Assembly: GCF_018977255.1 (NCBI RefSeq) | Contig: NW_024704751.1 | Span: 7,192,001-7,256,000, forward strand | DNA length: 64,000 nt | DNA from: Callorhinchus milii | Lineage: Eukaryota | Reading direction: 5' to 3' | Part shown: positions 1-12,340 of the stretch, piece after piece | Layout: every line of letters starts with the position of its first letter | How positions within the stretch are numbered: the stretch's first letter is position 1 | Notes under the pieces: model-generated | Seen by the model: only the letters and a program-made list of their open reading frames with translations | What the model was told of the DNA's origin: nothing | Databases searched by the model: none | Position numbers and translations under genes: made by a program

Positions 1-92
1 AGTTCAAGTTCTAAAGCACAACCGTTAAAATACCACTTTTTATACTCCTTAGAAAAACACCAGAGTTTTGCCTTAGGAACTGTGCAAGGTTA

Positions 93-310
93 TAATAATA
101 AAAATCCTTGCATTGGATATAGCGCTTTTCACGTCGGGAGGACGTCCCAAAGCGCTTCACAGAACACACTGCAAAGTGAATTGACTGTATATTTGTGGGC
201 GAACGCGGCCGCCAATTGCGCACAGCAATGTCCCCACAGACAGTCGTGGATTGAAAATGACCAATTTATTATTGTTTGGGGTTTTTGGAGGGATTATTAC
301 TCTGGTGCCG
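93..310 (-). mobile_element. 3' part of tRNA-derived SINE (family A; L2-like tail ending in (TAA)n)
   Basis: aataataaaaatccttgcattggatatagcgcttttcacgtcgggaggacgtcccaaagcgcttcacag...ccaattgcgcacagcaatg; near-identical sequence recurs at 30127, 38430-38620 and 48055. Confidence 0.8.
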
Positions 311-521
311 AAGTTCATAGAAACAGAAAGCAAAACCACCAAACAAATTACGTTTTCGAGAGACCGGACCTTTTTGAAAGGACTATTCGGCCGGTCAACA
401 CTTTCTACTCAACGGTTGTCTGCCACAAAATTAAATCAAGAGTTCGACGGCCCGCCGTCAGAACCACCGGTCAACACTGAATCTGCCGCGCAACTCTGGA
501 GAGCAATGGCCCGCCCGTTAC

Positions 522-1283
522 CTTGGTGCCGCTTGTAACATCCCACCGAACAGCTGGAGAGGGAGACAACAAAAAAAAAACAAGACGACTGCCGTGAGTG
601 GAGAATTTCGGGAGCGGCAGAGGAACGCCGCCCGTCCCGAAGGACGTCCCGGCCACGTGACAAGGAGCGTGTTACCAAACGCGGGGACGGTTGAGGATTG
701 ATTGATTGATCGATCGATCGATTGGTTCCGCCCGCAACAATATACAAGTCCATCCGCCTCACAGTGTGAAACACGGCGGAGACGCTTCGGCGACGTGTCA
801 AGTGCGAGGATTATTATTATTATTAAAGTGCCCCCTGATATGGTGGGAGGGAGGGGGAGGGGTGTGGTGGAGGCGTGCGAACCCGCAACCTCCTTGACTC
901 GAGGCGAGAGCGCCGGGGGCCGGGGTGGGGGGGGGGGGGGATGATCGCCCCCTCGAGATACATACACACACACACACAGAGTGAACAAATAATAATAATA
1001 ATAATCCTTGCATTTGATATAGCGCTTTTCACGTCTTCTCGACGTCTCAAAGTTATATATATGTATATATATAGACACATTATCTCTGATGACCGAGGAG
1101 CTCGGCCTGAGGCTCCCCAGCCCTCCCCCGGGTGGGGGTGGGGGTGGGGGGGGCGGTCACGCGAGTCCCAGGCTGAGTGCGGCCTAGTGGCCGCTGATGG
1201 CGCCGCGGTACTCACTAGCGCTCCCGGCAGCGGGGGCAGCGGTATCTGGGCGGCCGCTGGTCGCACACGCAGCAGCTGCTCAT
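522..1283 (-). CDS. ZNHIT3: Zinc finger HIT domain-containing protein 3, first two coding exons (gene continues off the left edge)
   Basis: Exon 1 is 1283..1216 (ATG...TA|gtgagt). Exon 2 is 553..522 (ctccag|...G|gtaacg, 32 nt). Spliced product MSSCCVCDQRPPRYRCPRCRERYCSVGCYKRHQ is a zf-HIT domain (CxxC...YRCPxC...YCSxxCxxxH) matching the ZNHIT3 N-terminus. It lies in a CpG island and near CA4, as in mouse. Confidence 0.88.
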
Positions 1284-1329
1284 CGCCCCCCTCTCCCCCT
1301 CTCCCCCCCCCTCTCTCGGGCTCCTCCCC

Positions 1330-1445
1330 CCCAACCGTCAAAAAACGACCGTTAAACCGTCAGCCGCGCGCTCCCACGGCGGCTCGGCGTGCAGTGCGCA
1401 TGCGCCGAGGTACTTCCGGGAGGTGGGAGCGTTACGCGCGCAGGT
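1330..1445. promoter_or_regulatory. CpG-island housekeeping promoter of ZNHIT3 with NRF1 and ETS/GABP motifs
   Basis: TGCGCATGCGC (1395-1405, NRF1-like) and ACTTCCGG (1412-1419, ETS) lie about 110-140 nt upstream of the ZNHIT3 ATG, within a CpG-dense region (~1080-2100). Confidence 0.7.
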
Positions 1446-2539
1446 GCAGTGGGGAGTTTTTTTTCGAGCCCCTCCCCCACCCACTCCCCCCCCCCCCCCC
1501 CCACAACCCCCCCCCCTCCCACACACACACGGGCTCCCCCTCCCCCCCCACTCTCTTCGGCCACAGCGCGACATGGGCTGGTGACCGACGTGCGGCTCCG
1601 AGGCTCGGACGTGGAGTCAGGGTGAGTGCGAGTCGGCTCGGGGTCAAACGGAAAGGGGCGGAGGCCGGTGGGGTGGGGGGGCTGGGGGGTTGGGGGGGGT
1701 TGGGGACTGGGGGTGGGTGCGGGGGTTTGGGGGCGACGTAGAAAATAAGACCTTTCGGTGGTCCCGGTGCCCCTCCTGTTAGGGACGTCTCGAAGCGCTT
1801 CGCAGCGTATCCTGTAAAAAGTGTAGTGACTGTGCACCGTAGCGGGCGAAACTCAAGGTAGAATCCCGTGAAGAGACCCCGATAAGGCGCTAAAAGCAGA
1901 AGCAAAGGTTCAGCGCCTCGGGACGTCCTCCCGACGTGAAAGGCGCTAAACAAGTGTCATTCGTGGTGGTGGTTATGGGATTATTATTGTCGTCTACGGG
2001 AGACTCCTGATGACCCGTCACTCCGAGGGAGAAGGGCTCAGCGACGAGTTATCCCGAGCGGCGACTTACGCGCGTGTATAAATACACAAAGAAACGCGGA
2101 TGGGCTATCGACCGCACACAATGACTCAAATGGTAGCGACAAGTTAAGACCGGGTCAAGTTATCAGGAGTTTGGGGTACGTTGCAAAGAGTCATTGAAAT
2201 CGCAAGGCTGGATCAGGGTGAAGAAGGCCATTCGGGCCGTCCCGCTTTGGTCTCACCTCTGCCCTGCCGTCATCCCATCACCACATCGAGCATTTTTTTT
2301 TTTGGAACAAGGCCCAGTGTCCTTGCCTCAATCACCTTTCCTGGTGACCCTGTTCCGGTCGTTAATTCCCTTCTGGGTAACTAAATACTTTATGGCTCCT
2401 GCCCTTGGATTGTCGTGTAGTGACATGAGGCTTCAACATACAGCCTTGTGACTAAGAGGCAATGGAGCCGAGTAACCTGAGTGTTCCACAGTGAATGCGA
2501 TTAACATTGAAACTATGAAACCACGTCTCGCCAGGTCTG

Positions 2540-2940
2540 GCCCAGGCTCCACTGGCTCCCCACCACTGAATGGATCGACTTCAAGATCCTCACCCTCGTG
2601 TTCAAATCCATTCACTCGCTGGCGCCTCCCGACCTCTCCGTCCTCCTCACTCCCCAGTCCACCATATGGAGCCTCCGCTTGACTGGCATCCTGCTCGTCC
2701 CTCGCACCCTTCGCCCCACCATTGGAGTTTGTGCTTTCAGCCACTACACCCCGAAACTCTGGAACACTCTCCCTCAATCCCACTGCATTGCCCCCACTCC
2801 CCTTCTTTCAAGTCCCGCCTGAAAACTTTCCTCTTCAACCGTGCTTACAGCCACCTCCCCCCGGCTCAGAGTCAGGCTCCGCCACTGTTAAGCACTCTGA
2901 GAAGCTACCCTGAGTGGAGGGCGCTATATAAGTGTAAGCT
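2540..2940 (+). mobile_element. L2-type LINE 3' fragment
   Basis: Degenerate IDFKILTLVFKS...AFSHYTPKLWNTLP...FKSRLKTFLF reading and tail, similar to 10470-10890. Confidence 0.7.
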
Positions 2941-5134
2941 GTTGGTGGTGAAATATCGGTCACGGTTTATACGGTTGCTGTTTGACATAGGTTCCCATAT
3001 TATAATTAAATGCGGAGTATTGTGGTTGCTATATTCTGTTCAATTGGAGTCAACCTTTGTAATGATTGGCCTTGTTGTATCTTTGTGGTAACCTCCAAAC
3101 GACTCAGGGGAAATCCCTCAATTGTGTGACGCATGTGTTGTCCACAACTATAGATTAATGCACTCGCCGTCTGCCTATAATGTTTGTTATGAACTTGGAA
3201 ATGTACTTATACATTGAAGGGAGTTTAAAATGTGCAGCAGTCAGGATGGTAGGAAATTTTGTTTACGATGTTTTCTCTGGCCCTTGACTTAATGACTAAA
3301 CCCAATCTGCAGTTTTATTGTTGAATAATATTTGTCCACCGTGTTTAATTTCCTGAATGCTAATGGATTTGAAGGAACATTATCTAAAGGTGAAATGTGC
3401 TTTGAGTGGGTGAGGTAGCTATAAATTTGCGTGTCAGTGGTAAAGTTCACGTCTTCATATTCAAATCCCTTCCATGTTCTCGCCTGAACGTATCTCTGTG
3501 ACGCATCTCCTCCAACCACACTGTCCTGGCCATTCCCTTTGGTCAGCGAATATTGGCCTACTTCATGTCCCCTGTCCCACCATCAGCAGGCAAGGCTTTC
3601 AGCCCTTCTGCCCCTGCCCCTGGAACTCCATGTCAGGTTCCCTCCATCCATCCATCCATCCATCTCCCCTATTTCAAGGCACGTCTCAAAACATACCTGT
3701 TTGACCATGCTGTTGGTCATCTTTCCTCAACCCCCCACCCCTCGGCTCCCGCGCCTAGCTTGGGTCTCTGTCCACCACTGTGAAGCGCTTTGGGACATCC
3801 TTCCAATGTAAAAGGTGCTGTAATAAACACGAATCATATTGCAAATCTTTGAGTTGGGAGTGCAATTTCATTTGCAGGCTTACCGTATGTATTTCATGGG
3901 TGCATTTATCTCCTCTGGAATAAATTGGAAATCTCATCCGTTGCCTTGTCTGTATTTACTCCTGGTGCAATTAAACCTGCCGCATCGTCTATCTCATGTT
4001 TGGCAGATTAAGCTGGATAGGTAGCTGAGGTAATGATTTATTTGAACACATACATTTGACGAATGACTTAACAGAAATGCATTCGCCGGCATGCCATTGA
4101 GAATAAGATGTGAAAGGAAGGCTGGCCAGAAAGACTTGGAAAAAATGTGACTTTTTTTTCAGCTTCTTAATGCTCTCTCTCCCCCCACCACAACGTTTCC
4201 CCTAAACCACCTTCTGAACAAGTTTAGAGAAACCCAAAAAAAACCACAGGAAATATGCAGCAACTGGGAACACACACACACACACACACACACACAGATA
4301 TGTATATATAGCACTGCAACCAACATCACAAGACACAGCAACTTATAGACAGCCCTATTAAGCGCGTTTATAGCAGTAAAGAAAATAACTGACAATTGAG
4401 GGGGTGGGGAAGAGAAACACAGATATGAAACCGTCCAACGCCAGGTATTAATTATAGCCTCTTCCCACCGAGGGCTCTCCTTCCCCTCCTGACAAATTGG
4501 ATGCAACAATTTGGGATGGGAGAGGAGGGAGAGGTAGCCTTCCCCCCACCCCCCCCCCCCACACCCCACCCCCAGCCTGTAATTGTGAGTGAAAGTCAGA
4601 GCTGCAAACCACCTCGAACATAGCATAGAACCTGAGCCGCACTGATGAAACTCCTCTCAAACCACCTCTGTGCGGAGTAAAAGGAGTCGCCTTATTCTGC
4701 AACCAGAAGGAGACACGCTCTCAGTGGGAGGTAAGGTCGCAGTTTGTCGGTGGCAATTTTTTTTAATTAAAAAAAAAGCAAAAGCATTAACCTTTCATCT
4801 TAAAATAGTTTGCTTGGGTGGTGTGGGTGTGGGGGGGTGTGGGTGGGGGGGGTGTGGGGGTGGGGGTGGGGGGGTGTGGGTGGGTGGGGGTGGGTGTGGT
4901 GGGGGTGGTGTGGGTGTGGGGGGGGGGGTGTGGGGGTGGGTGTGGTGGGGGGGGGGGGGGGGGGGGGGGGTGATTTGCCTGGAGAATGCTAACGCGTCCT
5001 TGGGCTCAGTTGAAGGATGAATCGGTGACAAATTGGATTCGGTGCACCTCACCAGAAAGGGGGGGGGGGGGGGGGAATAAAGCTGATTTCCTTTTGCCTA
5101 CTGCAACAGCGAATCTCTTGCAAAAAAATCCCTA

Positions 5135-5173
<39 letters not shown>

Positions 5174-5285
5174 CACAGCCACGCTCCTCCCCGGGGGGTG
5201 CAATCCAATCTCGGTGTCGGTCGAACCCCTGACACAGCGGGGGGGGTCGGTTTTTATTGGTTTTATTTTGGACGTGCGGAACGGT

Positions 5286-5323
<38 letters not shown>

Positions 5324-5546
5324 TTGAGAGAGAGCGATGCACGAACAGAGAGGAAGAGCGAGAGGTGAAAGACGTTAAAGAAAAAGAAGGGGAGAAAGTG
5401 ATGGGATCGCAAGACATCGATGAAGAAGAGATCGAGAGGGCAGCGCCGTCTGTCGCTGTCCACCAGCCGAGTGGTGCTGAAATGGACCAGTTCTTGGCTT
5501 TCACGCCACACACACGGTATCGGATCGGATATTGCGCGGTTCGAGG

Positions 5547-6524
5547 CTAAGGATTCGCTACCGTTCGCTCCCGGGTTTTCCTTTGGAGGCAGCCTTTGAG
5601 GGAACTCATGCTGCACCCCAGTCCTCGCTGCTTGTGGGTGTAGATGATGGGATTGACCAAAGAGTTGGCCGTGATCATGATGGCAGTGCAGTTCCTGAAG
5701 ATGTAGACGCCGATGCGAATGTCCTCGGCAGGAGAGTGGTCAAGGACGTCCCAAAGGACCCCTCCGAAGAAGGGGGCGTACGATATCAGCGTGGTGACCC
5801 AGATGAAGGCGCTTGTCTTGGTGACACGGGCCTCGGCCACCTTATAGCAGCTGGTGCTGTGGGCGTGTGCAGCCACGGTGGAACTCTGCCTCCTTAAGAT
5901 GACAATGATGGCAACGTAGGTGAGCAGCAGGCAGAGGGAAGCCACCGCAAAGTTCGGGGCAGCGATGAAGATCAGGTAGTCAATGCAGAAGGGACCGTAC
6001 AGGCGAGACGCGGCAGCCTCTTTGCCCAGACAGTTCCAGCCCATGAGAGGCAGCATGCCCAGTAGGCTGGCCAGTATCCAGCTGCTGCCTGCCGCCAACC
6101 AGATGTGCTGCTCGGACAGCCGGCCTCGTTCCCTCAGGCAGTCGGCCACTGTCAGGTAGCGCTCCACCCCGATACTGATCAGGTTGTATACAGTGGACAG
6201 GATGGAGACGGTGAAGATGGAGTAGGCGACCAGGAGCTCTTGGGAGCCGTGGATGGAGTTGTCAGGGTTCGAGATGAACAGCAGTGCCACGTAAAGTGAG
6301 GAGCAGCCAGTGAGCAGGTCGGACAAGGCCAGACTGCGGAAGAGGACAATGATGGGCCGGCGCCGCTGTTCGACCGTCGCGATGCCGAAGACCACCACCG
6401 CATTGCAAATAATAGAGATGAGATTGACCAGCACCTGTGGGACCCCCAGTGCCAGGACCAGGGAGCTGCTCCAGGTCACATTGCTGTTAGCGTCTTCCAA
6501 TGAGCCATTTGACGCACTCTTCAT
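5547..6524 (-). CDS. Intronless class A GPCR of the EDG/MECA cluster (LPA/S1P/GPR3-6-12-like), orphan, 325 aa
   Basis: Uninterrupted ORF with seven hydrophobic segments, LALSDLL (TM2), ERY (TM3), LGMLPLMGWNCL (TM4/ECL2, EDG signature), NSLVNPIIY (TM7), N-terminal sequons (NGS, NVT) and no TM3 Cys3.25. AATAAA signals on the - strand at 5253-5258 and 5262-5267. Confidence 0.92.
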   Translation of the reverse strand: MKSASNGSLEDANSNVTWSSSLVLALGVPQVLVNLISIICNAVVVFGIATVEQRRRPIIVLFRSLALSDLLTGCSSLYVALLFISNPDNSIHGSQELLVAYSIFTVSILSTVYNLISIGVERYLTVADCLRERGRLSEQHIWLAAGSSWILASLLGMLPLMGWNCLGKEAAASRLYGPFCIDYLIFIAAPNFAVASLCLLLTYVAIIVILRRQSSTVAAHAHSTSCYKVAEARVTKTSAFIWVTTLISYAPFFGGVLWDVLDHSPAEDIRIGVYIFRNCTAIMITANSLVNPIIYTHKQRGLGCSMSSLKGCLQRKTRERTVANP

Positions 6525-9259
6525 TTTGCTCAGTGACCACGTCCACCTAATGACTCCAGTCAGTCACCATTCACCCACAAATACTCACACTCAACACTCC
6601 TCTGAAGCCCTTTGAGATGTCCTCCTGACGTGGATTGTTATTATTATTATATAAACCTTAGGACTGAATCCAGAACTGCGTTTCTTCTGTCAAAGCTACA
6701 CTCCCCACTTTCGTGTGTGAAATACCATATGATGGTCGATGCTCAGTTTCCTGGCAGGTATATTTATTTATGCGAAGAGCCCAGGGAAGTCAAATATTAA
6801 CCACATCCCTTATCTTCATCGCTTATCTTCATCCAGACCTTTTGTTTTAATCACATCTATGATTTGGTCCCTGACCCTCTTTCTCTCATTCAAACCTAAT
6901 GGCTAAATATTTGTTCTGCTGACATTGCAGTTAATCACGATTTAAATAAATGCGAATTTAGCGGAAGTGGCTTCATAAACAAATGTATACTTTTCAACTA
7001 AGATAAGATACGAGCCCCAAATCCTGGACTATTGTCGCTCTGACTGACTGAGTGACTAACTGTCTGACTGACAGCAAGTCCTGGACCAGCCAGATGTAAC
7101 TCTTAATGAATACTGCCACCCTATTGCCCCCTCCCTAACCACACAATCTCACTGTCCAAATTCCAGCCCATATTTTCCATCTTCCCACATAGACACACAC
7201 ACACACTGCTTCTCACTCAGGTATGTAGTTCTCTCCTCATTCCCCTCATTCCACCTTGGTGGCCAAGCTTTCAGCTGCCATGCCTGATCCTCTCGAGTAT
7301 TTCCAAACCGCTGTCCTATGCTACCCCCACAACTGCATTTTAGAGCAAATTCTGCGTGGTCCTGAGACGTCCTCCTCACGTGAAAGGTGATGTACCAAAT
7401 GTGAATGTTATGATAACAGCTGGATGCTGTGGTGGGAGGAGGAGGGTTGTTGGGTTGGGTGTTCTGGAGGGATGGGATCTGATGGGCTGAAGGTGATGTG
7501 AGCTGTGCGCTTCCATCCATCCTCTAGAGGTCGCTTTGCTCCTGTGGCTGGATTTACCACAACCTCAAACCAGGCTGGAGGTCCACCCGCATTGTGGCGA
7601 TGGAGGCTGATGCTTCGGTTATTTTCCTGGATTTTAGGGCAGGTCTTTTCTCCAGTGATCCACAAGCTCCCATTCGGTCACAGAAAGCTGTGCGGATTTA
7701 TCTATTCTCTCTTTATCTATCTGGTCGCAGGCTTCTTTCAACTGATCAGTACCGGAAAAGGAAACCCACAAAATTGAAAGTTTAGAAACACTTTTCGGCT
7801 TCAGCGCAGCTCTGGCCCCCAGCAACAAGAGAACAAGAGGGTGATTCCCCCACCCACACACAAATACAACAGGAGATTGACCCCTGGCATCAGTAAATTG
7901 ACCCTGGCAACAGGACTTGCTCCAACAGGACTTGTTGTGCTTGGAAACAGAATGTTAGAATCAAGTCAACTCTCTGAGGCAGTTGTCCAGTTCCTGGGGG
8001 GCAGGGATTCTGGCAAGTGTTAACCCTGTTAATGCTTCTGTTAACCCTGTGAACGAAAGCCCCCAAGGATAGAGCTGGAGAAGCAGCGGGAGAGAAGCTT
8101 GCCAGACAGCTGGGGGCCAACTCCACGCACTCTCCAGTTCTCCCAGTCTTCAAACTTGAATCCATCCGTATACAACTTGCATTTATTTATACAGCGCCCT
8201 TCACACAGGAAAACATCACATTGCAGGGGACGGCTATCAAGTGCACAGAAAAGTAATTGGTGGCCAAACAAATACATTTTACATCATTGCCGATCACCCA
8301 CAAAGCACACAGTCACTGACTGCATTTAACAATCTATTTTGTAAAGCACTTTGGCACTTCCTCCTGACAGGAAAGGCGCTGTATCAAATGTGAGGATTAT
8401 TATTACTGTTATTATTAATGTTTAAATGTGTACTGTAGTTTGCAGACACTTGGAAAATCCTAAGAAATGGGAAATCTTGCAGAAACGCCACTGCCCCTGG
8501 CGCAGAAACAAAGTCCTGCTAAAATTAGCTAAATTAGCAGTCAGTTGGGATGGAGTGGTGGTGGGTGGAGGGAGTGGGCTGACCGCCTATATACTGTGTC
8601 TCTTTTCTTACTTCTGTACTATATAAATGCAAGTTGTTATATATGGAAGGATAAATGCTTGAACAATGGGAGCATTAAAAGGGTTTGTGGAGAGTGGCAC
8701 CGACTGTCTGGCAAGCTTCCCACTGCTTCTCCAGCTCCACCCTTTGGGACAGTTAATTATCTATGCATAAGTACAAATAAACACATTCGGTTTGGGTGTT
8801 TAGGGCTCTCTGTAATTTTTTTATGCAGAAGACTGCAAACATTGTCACAAGCTCCGCAGACCTCTCTCTCACTAGGCAACGTAACATTGATGGAGGGTTC
8901 CGCATGGCCCATCAGAACTGCAACAGGGCTTTTCACATCTCACCTAGAGACTGGCATCTCTGATAACTCAGCACCACTAGCAGCTGAAACAAGCTATCAA
9001 AGAGGCATTTCGCCTCGTCGCTTCATCTATCTTACAGATGTCACACCAAACCCGCGACAGATCATTATCTGCCATGAAAATGATGGCGCTCACACCCACC
9101 AATCCTCTGGATGTCTAAACACTTGTACCGAACACAATTTAGTATTTCTAAATACAATTATCATCATTACTCCACATGTTTCATTTGTTGGCCAGTGGAC
9201 TGTGGGGGAAAAAGGGTAACTGGACTTTATGGACACCCTGTACTTGTAGCATTTCTGAT

Positions 9260-10895
9260 GATGAGGAGGCCTGAGTGAGGGGCACGGAGGAGGTAGTGGG
9301 TGGTGGAAAAAAGGATTTGGGGATTGTTTTTGGCCTCCAAGATGATGTTGGAGTTAAAGGCCGTTTTTGCGCGGTCAAAGAACGGTGGTAGCTGTGGAGA
9401 TGCTCGAGGCACAGTTGGCGGTGAACACCATCAGACATCCTATCCGTCTGGCCTTCCACCCGCGGAGATCCTGAAGCAGCAGTCCAGCTGCTCCATGATC
9501 ATCTCTCCTCCACTTTCAACTCCCTAAAATCCAGGACCATCAACAAACCCACCCGATCCCCCTGGTACAACAACCATCTCCGCCGCCAAAAAACCCAAAC
9601 CTGTCTGCTCGAGCGCAGTTGGCGGAAAACTGGCCTGACCAGGGCTCCCTCTGCCTGCTTGTCCTCCTAGTCGGGTAGGTTCGACACAGTTGATCACGCC
9701 ATCCTCCTCCACCGTCTTTCTTCCGTCATCCACCTCAGTGAGACCGCACTCGCCTGGTTCGAGTCCTACCTCATAAACCGCCAGCAGTACATCTGCATAA
9801 ACGGCTTCTCCTCCCACTCTCACCCAGTCACCTGTGGGGTACCCCAAGGATCCATCCTTGGCCCCCTCCTCTTTCTGATCTATATGCTCCCTCTTGGGGA
9901 TGTCATCCATAGACATGGGGTACATTTCCACATGTATGCAGATGACACCCAACTCTACTTTTCCACCTCTCTTTGCGACCCCCAGTCCCCTGATATTCTG
10001 TCAGCCTGCCTGTCAGACCTCAGGGGCTGGATGAGTGCATCTACCTTCAGCTGAACGTTGACAAGATGGAAGCCATACTCTTCGGCTCTCGTCAACGTCT
10101 GAAATCTCATGGTTCTCACCTCCTCCACCTACCCGACCTCCCCTTAAAACTCTCCGAACCCATACGCAATGTAGGTGTCAGGTTCGACCCCCAAATATCC
10201 TTCCTCCCCCACATCAGGTCCCTTACCAGCACCGCCTTTTTCCACCTCCATCGCATCGCCTGTCTCCGCCAATACCTCTCCCCAAAAGCCGCTGAAACCC
10301 TGGTCCATGCCTTTGTCACCTCTCGGCTGGACTACTCCAACGCCCTCCTCGCCGGTCTCCCATTCACTACCATCCATAAAATCCAACTCATTCAGAACTC
10401 TGCCGCCTGCATTCTCACCCGCACGAAACACCGCTCCCCGATCACCCCAGTCCTTGTCAGATTGCACTGGCTGCCTTTCCCAGAGAGGATTGACTTCAAG
10501 ATCCTCACCCTCGTATTCAAGTCCCTGCACTCCTCTGCACCCCCCGACCTCTCTGACCTCCTCTCTCATCAAAACAGCACCCATTGCCTTTGTTCCTCCG
10601 GGTCTGGCCTCCTCCTCGTCCCCCGAGACCTCCGCTCCACCCTCGGTGACCATGCCTTCAGCCACTGCGCCCCTAGGCTCTGGAACTGCCTTCCTCACTC
10701 CCTTCGTCTCGCTCCCTTCCCATTTTCCGGTCTCTGCTGAAGACCTTTCTTTTCGATCGCGCCTTTGGTCACCTTCCCCCCCCCCTCCCCCTGGCCCCTT
10801 CCCCCTCCCCCTCCCCCTGGGCTCGGTCCCGGGATCCGAAACTGTAAAGCGCTCTGAGACGCCATCCGACGTGAAGGGCGCTATATGAATCCAAG
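9260..10895 (+). mobile_element. Degraded L2-clade LINE ORF2 (reverse transcriptase and 3' end) with an inverted internal piece
   Basis: FDTVDHAILL, GVPQGSILGPLLF, YADD (~9935), AETLVHAFVTSRLDYSNALL, LHWLP...IDFKIL, and the L2 tail gacgtgaagggcgctatatgaat. Frameshifted. Confidence 0.9.
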
Positions 10896-12234
10896 TTGTT
10901 GTTGATGACACAGCCTGGGGAGGACAGGTTTGCAGGGCTATGGGGAGAGAGCAGGGGAGTGGGAGTGAATTGGGCAGCTCTTTCCAAAGAGCCCTCACAG
11001 ACACCATGGGCTGTATAATCCTTTGGTGCCAAAGCAGTGAAGACGGGAGGCAGTCAGTGAGACTTTCTTCACAACACCAGATTGAGACTGAGCACTTTGC
11101 AATGACGCCATTCATTAGGACTAAAAATAAAATCCTCATCAACGTGTTTTTTCATATGGCTTCACTTGTGGTGACTTATTCAGTGTGGGGCACTGTATAT
11201 AATAATTGGTGGGTCGGTTACGGGACAGTCTATAAGCGATGTGCGGTGAGGACCTCACGCACTGGAGATGTTGTCACTGATAAATTAGGAGCTCATGTTA
11301 TTAAGAGGATTGAAATTCATCTCTCATCTTCGGTGTGGATTGTCGTAGTTCCTCCCTCCCTCCCTCCCTGTCTGTCTGTGTACACACACACACATATACA
11401 CAGAGATACATTCTCTGTGTGAACACATTGCATACGTTTGCATGTAACACGGTTTTAAAACCTTGATTTAACTCCAATATCACTGCAACTGACGTGACAG
11501 CGGGTTTCGTTCTGCCTCTGTGTGTGTGTGTGTGTGTTTGATTTCAGTTTGCAGTAATAATACTAATAATAATACTAATAATCTTGTGTTATGAACCGAT
11601 CTCTGTCGGCTGGTTAGGATATTCGAGGTTGCAAATCGCAATGATCAATTATATCATCGTATCGATGCATAAATGCATATCAAATGCAAGGATTATTATT
11701 ATTATTACGATGATATAAAGCACGAACGATTTCTGCCTGTCTCTTACTTACCGTTTTCTTTCACAGGTTACTTTAGAGAGAGAGAGAGAGAGAGAGGAAA
11801 AAAAACGCTTCGAGTGACTATTTAAGACTAATTCATTGGGAAGGGAAGAGTGCGAGAGCTGATTTTATATTGTTCTACACACACTAAAATGAAACTAACA
11901 CCTGTTTTTCTCTCTCTCAGAGAGATTGCACCATCGTACAAATTCCTGATTTTTTTTAAAGAAAAGAAACTCACTTTGCAGAAGGGATTGCACCAAACAT
12001 CGCGAACCATCCATCCCATCGTTTTAATTTATTGGCAATTCTTTTCCCCTTCTTTTCTCTCCCTCTCTCCTCTCTCCTCTCTCTCTCTCTCTTCCATCCA
12101 CCACTGCAACGGCTTCATCATTAATAATGACTGTGTCAAACATAATAAGGGGGAGATGGAGAGGAGGAGCTCACCCCCAACCCCCACCCCACCACCCCCC
12201 TCCCGGACAGGTCTGACACTATCCCGAAGGAGAC

Positions 12235-12242
12235 TATAAAAA
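12235..12242 (+). promoter_or_regulatory. TATA box of CA4
   Basis: TATAAAAA about 100 nt upstream of the CA4 ATG at 12341. Confidence 0.6.
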
Positions 12243-12340
12243 GACGAGCAGAAAGTGAGATCGCACTCACTATCACAAGTAATATATCTCAGTGACCTCT
12301 TCTTCACTGTAGGAGCTGGAATAGGGGGAGGGCAAAAAGC

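Noticed and set aside
823-1953. Several 160-290 aa Pro/Gly-rich ORFs
   Set aside because: A by-product of the GC-rich CpG island and C/G homopolymers; the real coding sequence is the 68-nt ZNHIT3 exon.
1840-2020. Possible hammerhead ribozyme (cgaaac...gtc...ctgatga)
   Set aside because: Stems I-III cannot be formed around the core, and the intervening sequence is SINE tail.
5257-5550. 97-aa E/R-rich ORF on the + strand
   Set aside because: Driven by an (AG)n repeat and antisense to the GPCR 3' UTR; no recognisable domain.
10144-11142. 332-aa ORF on the - strand
   Set aside because: Antisense shadow of L2 ORF2.
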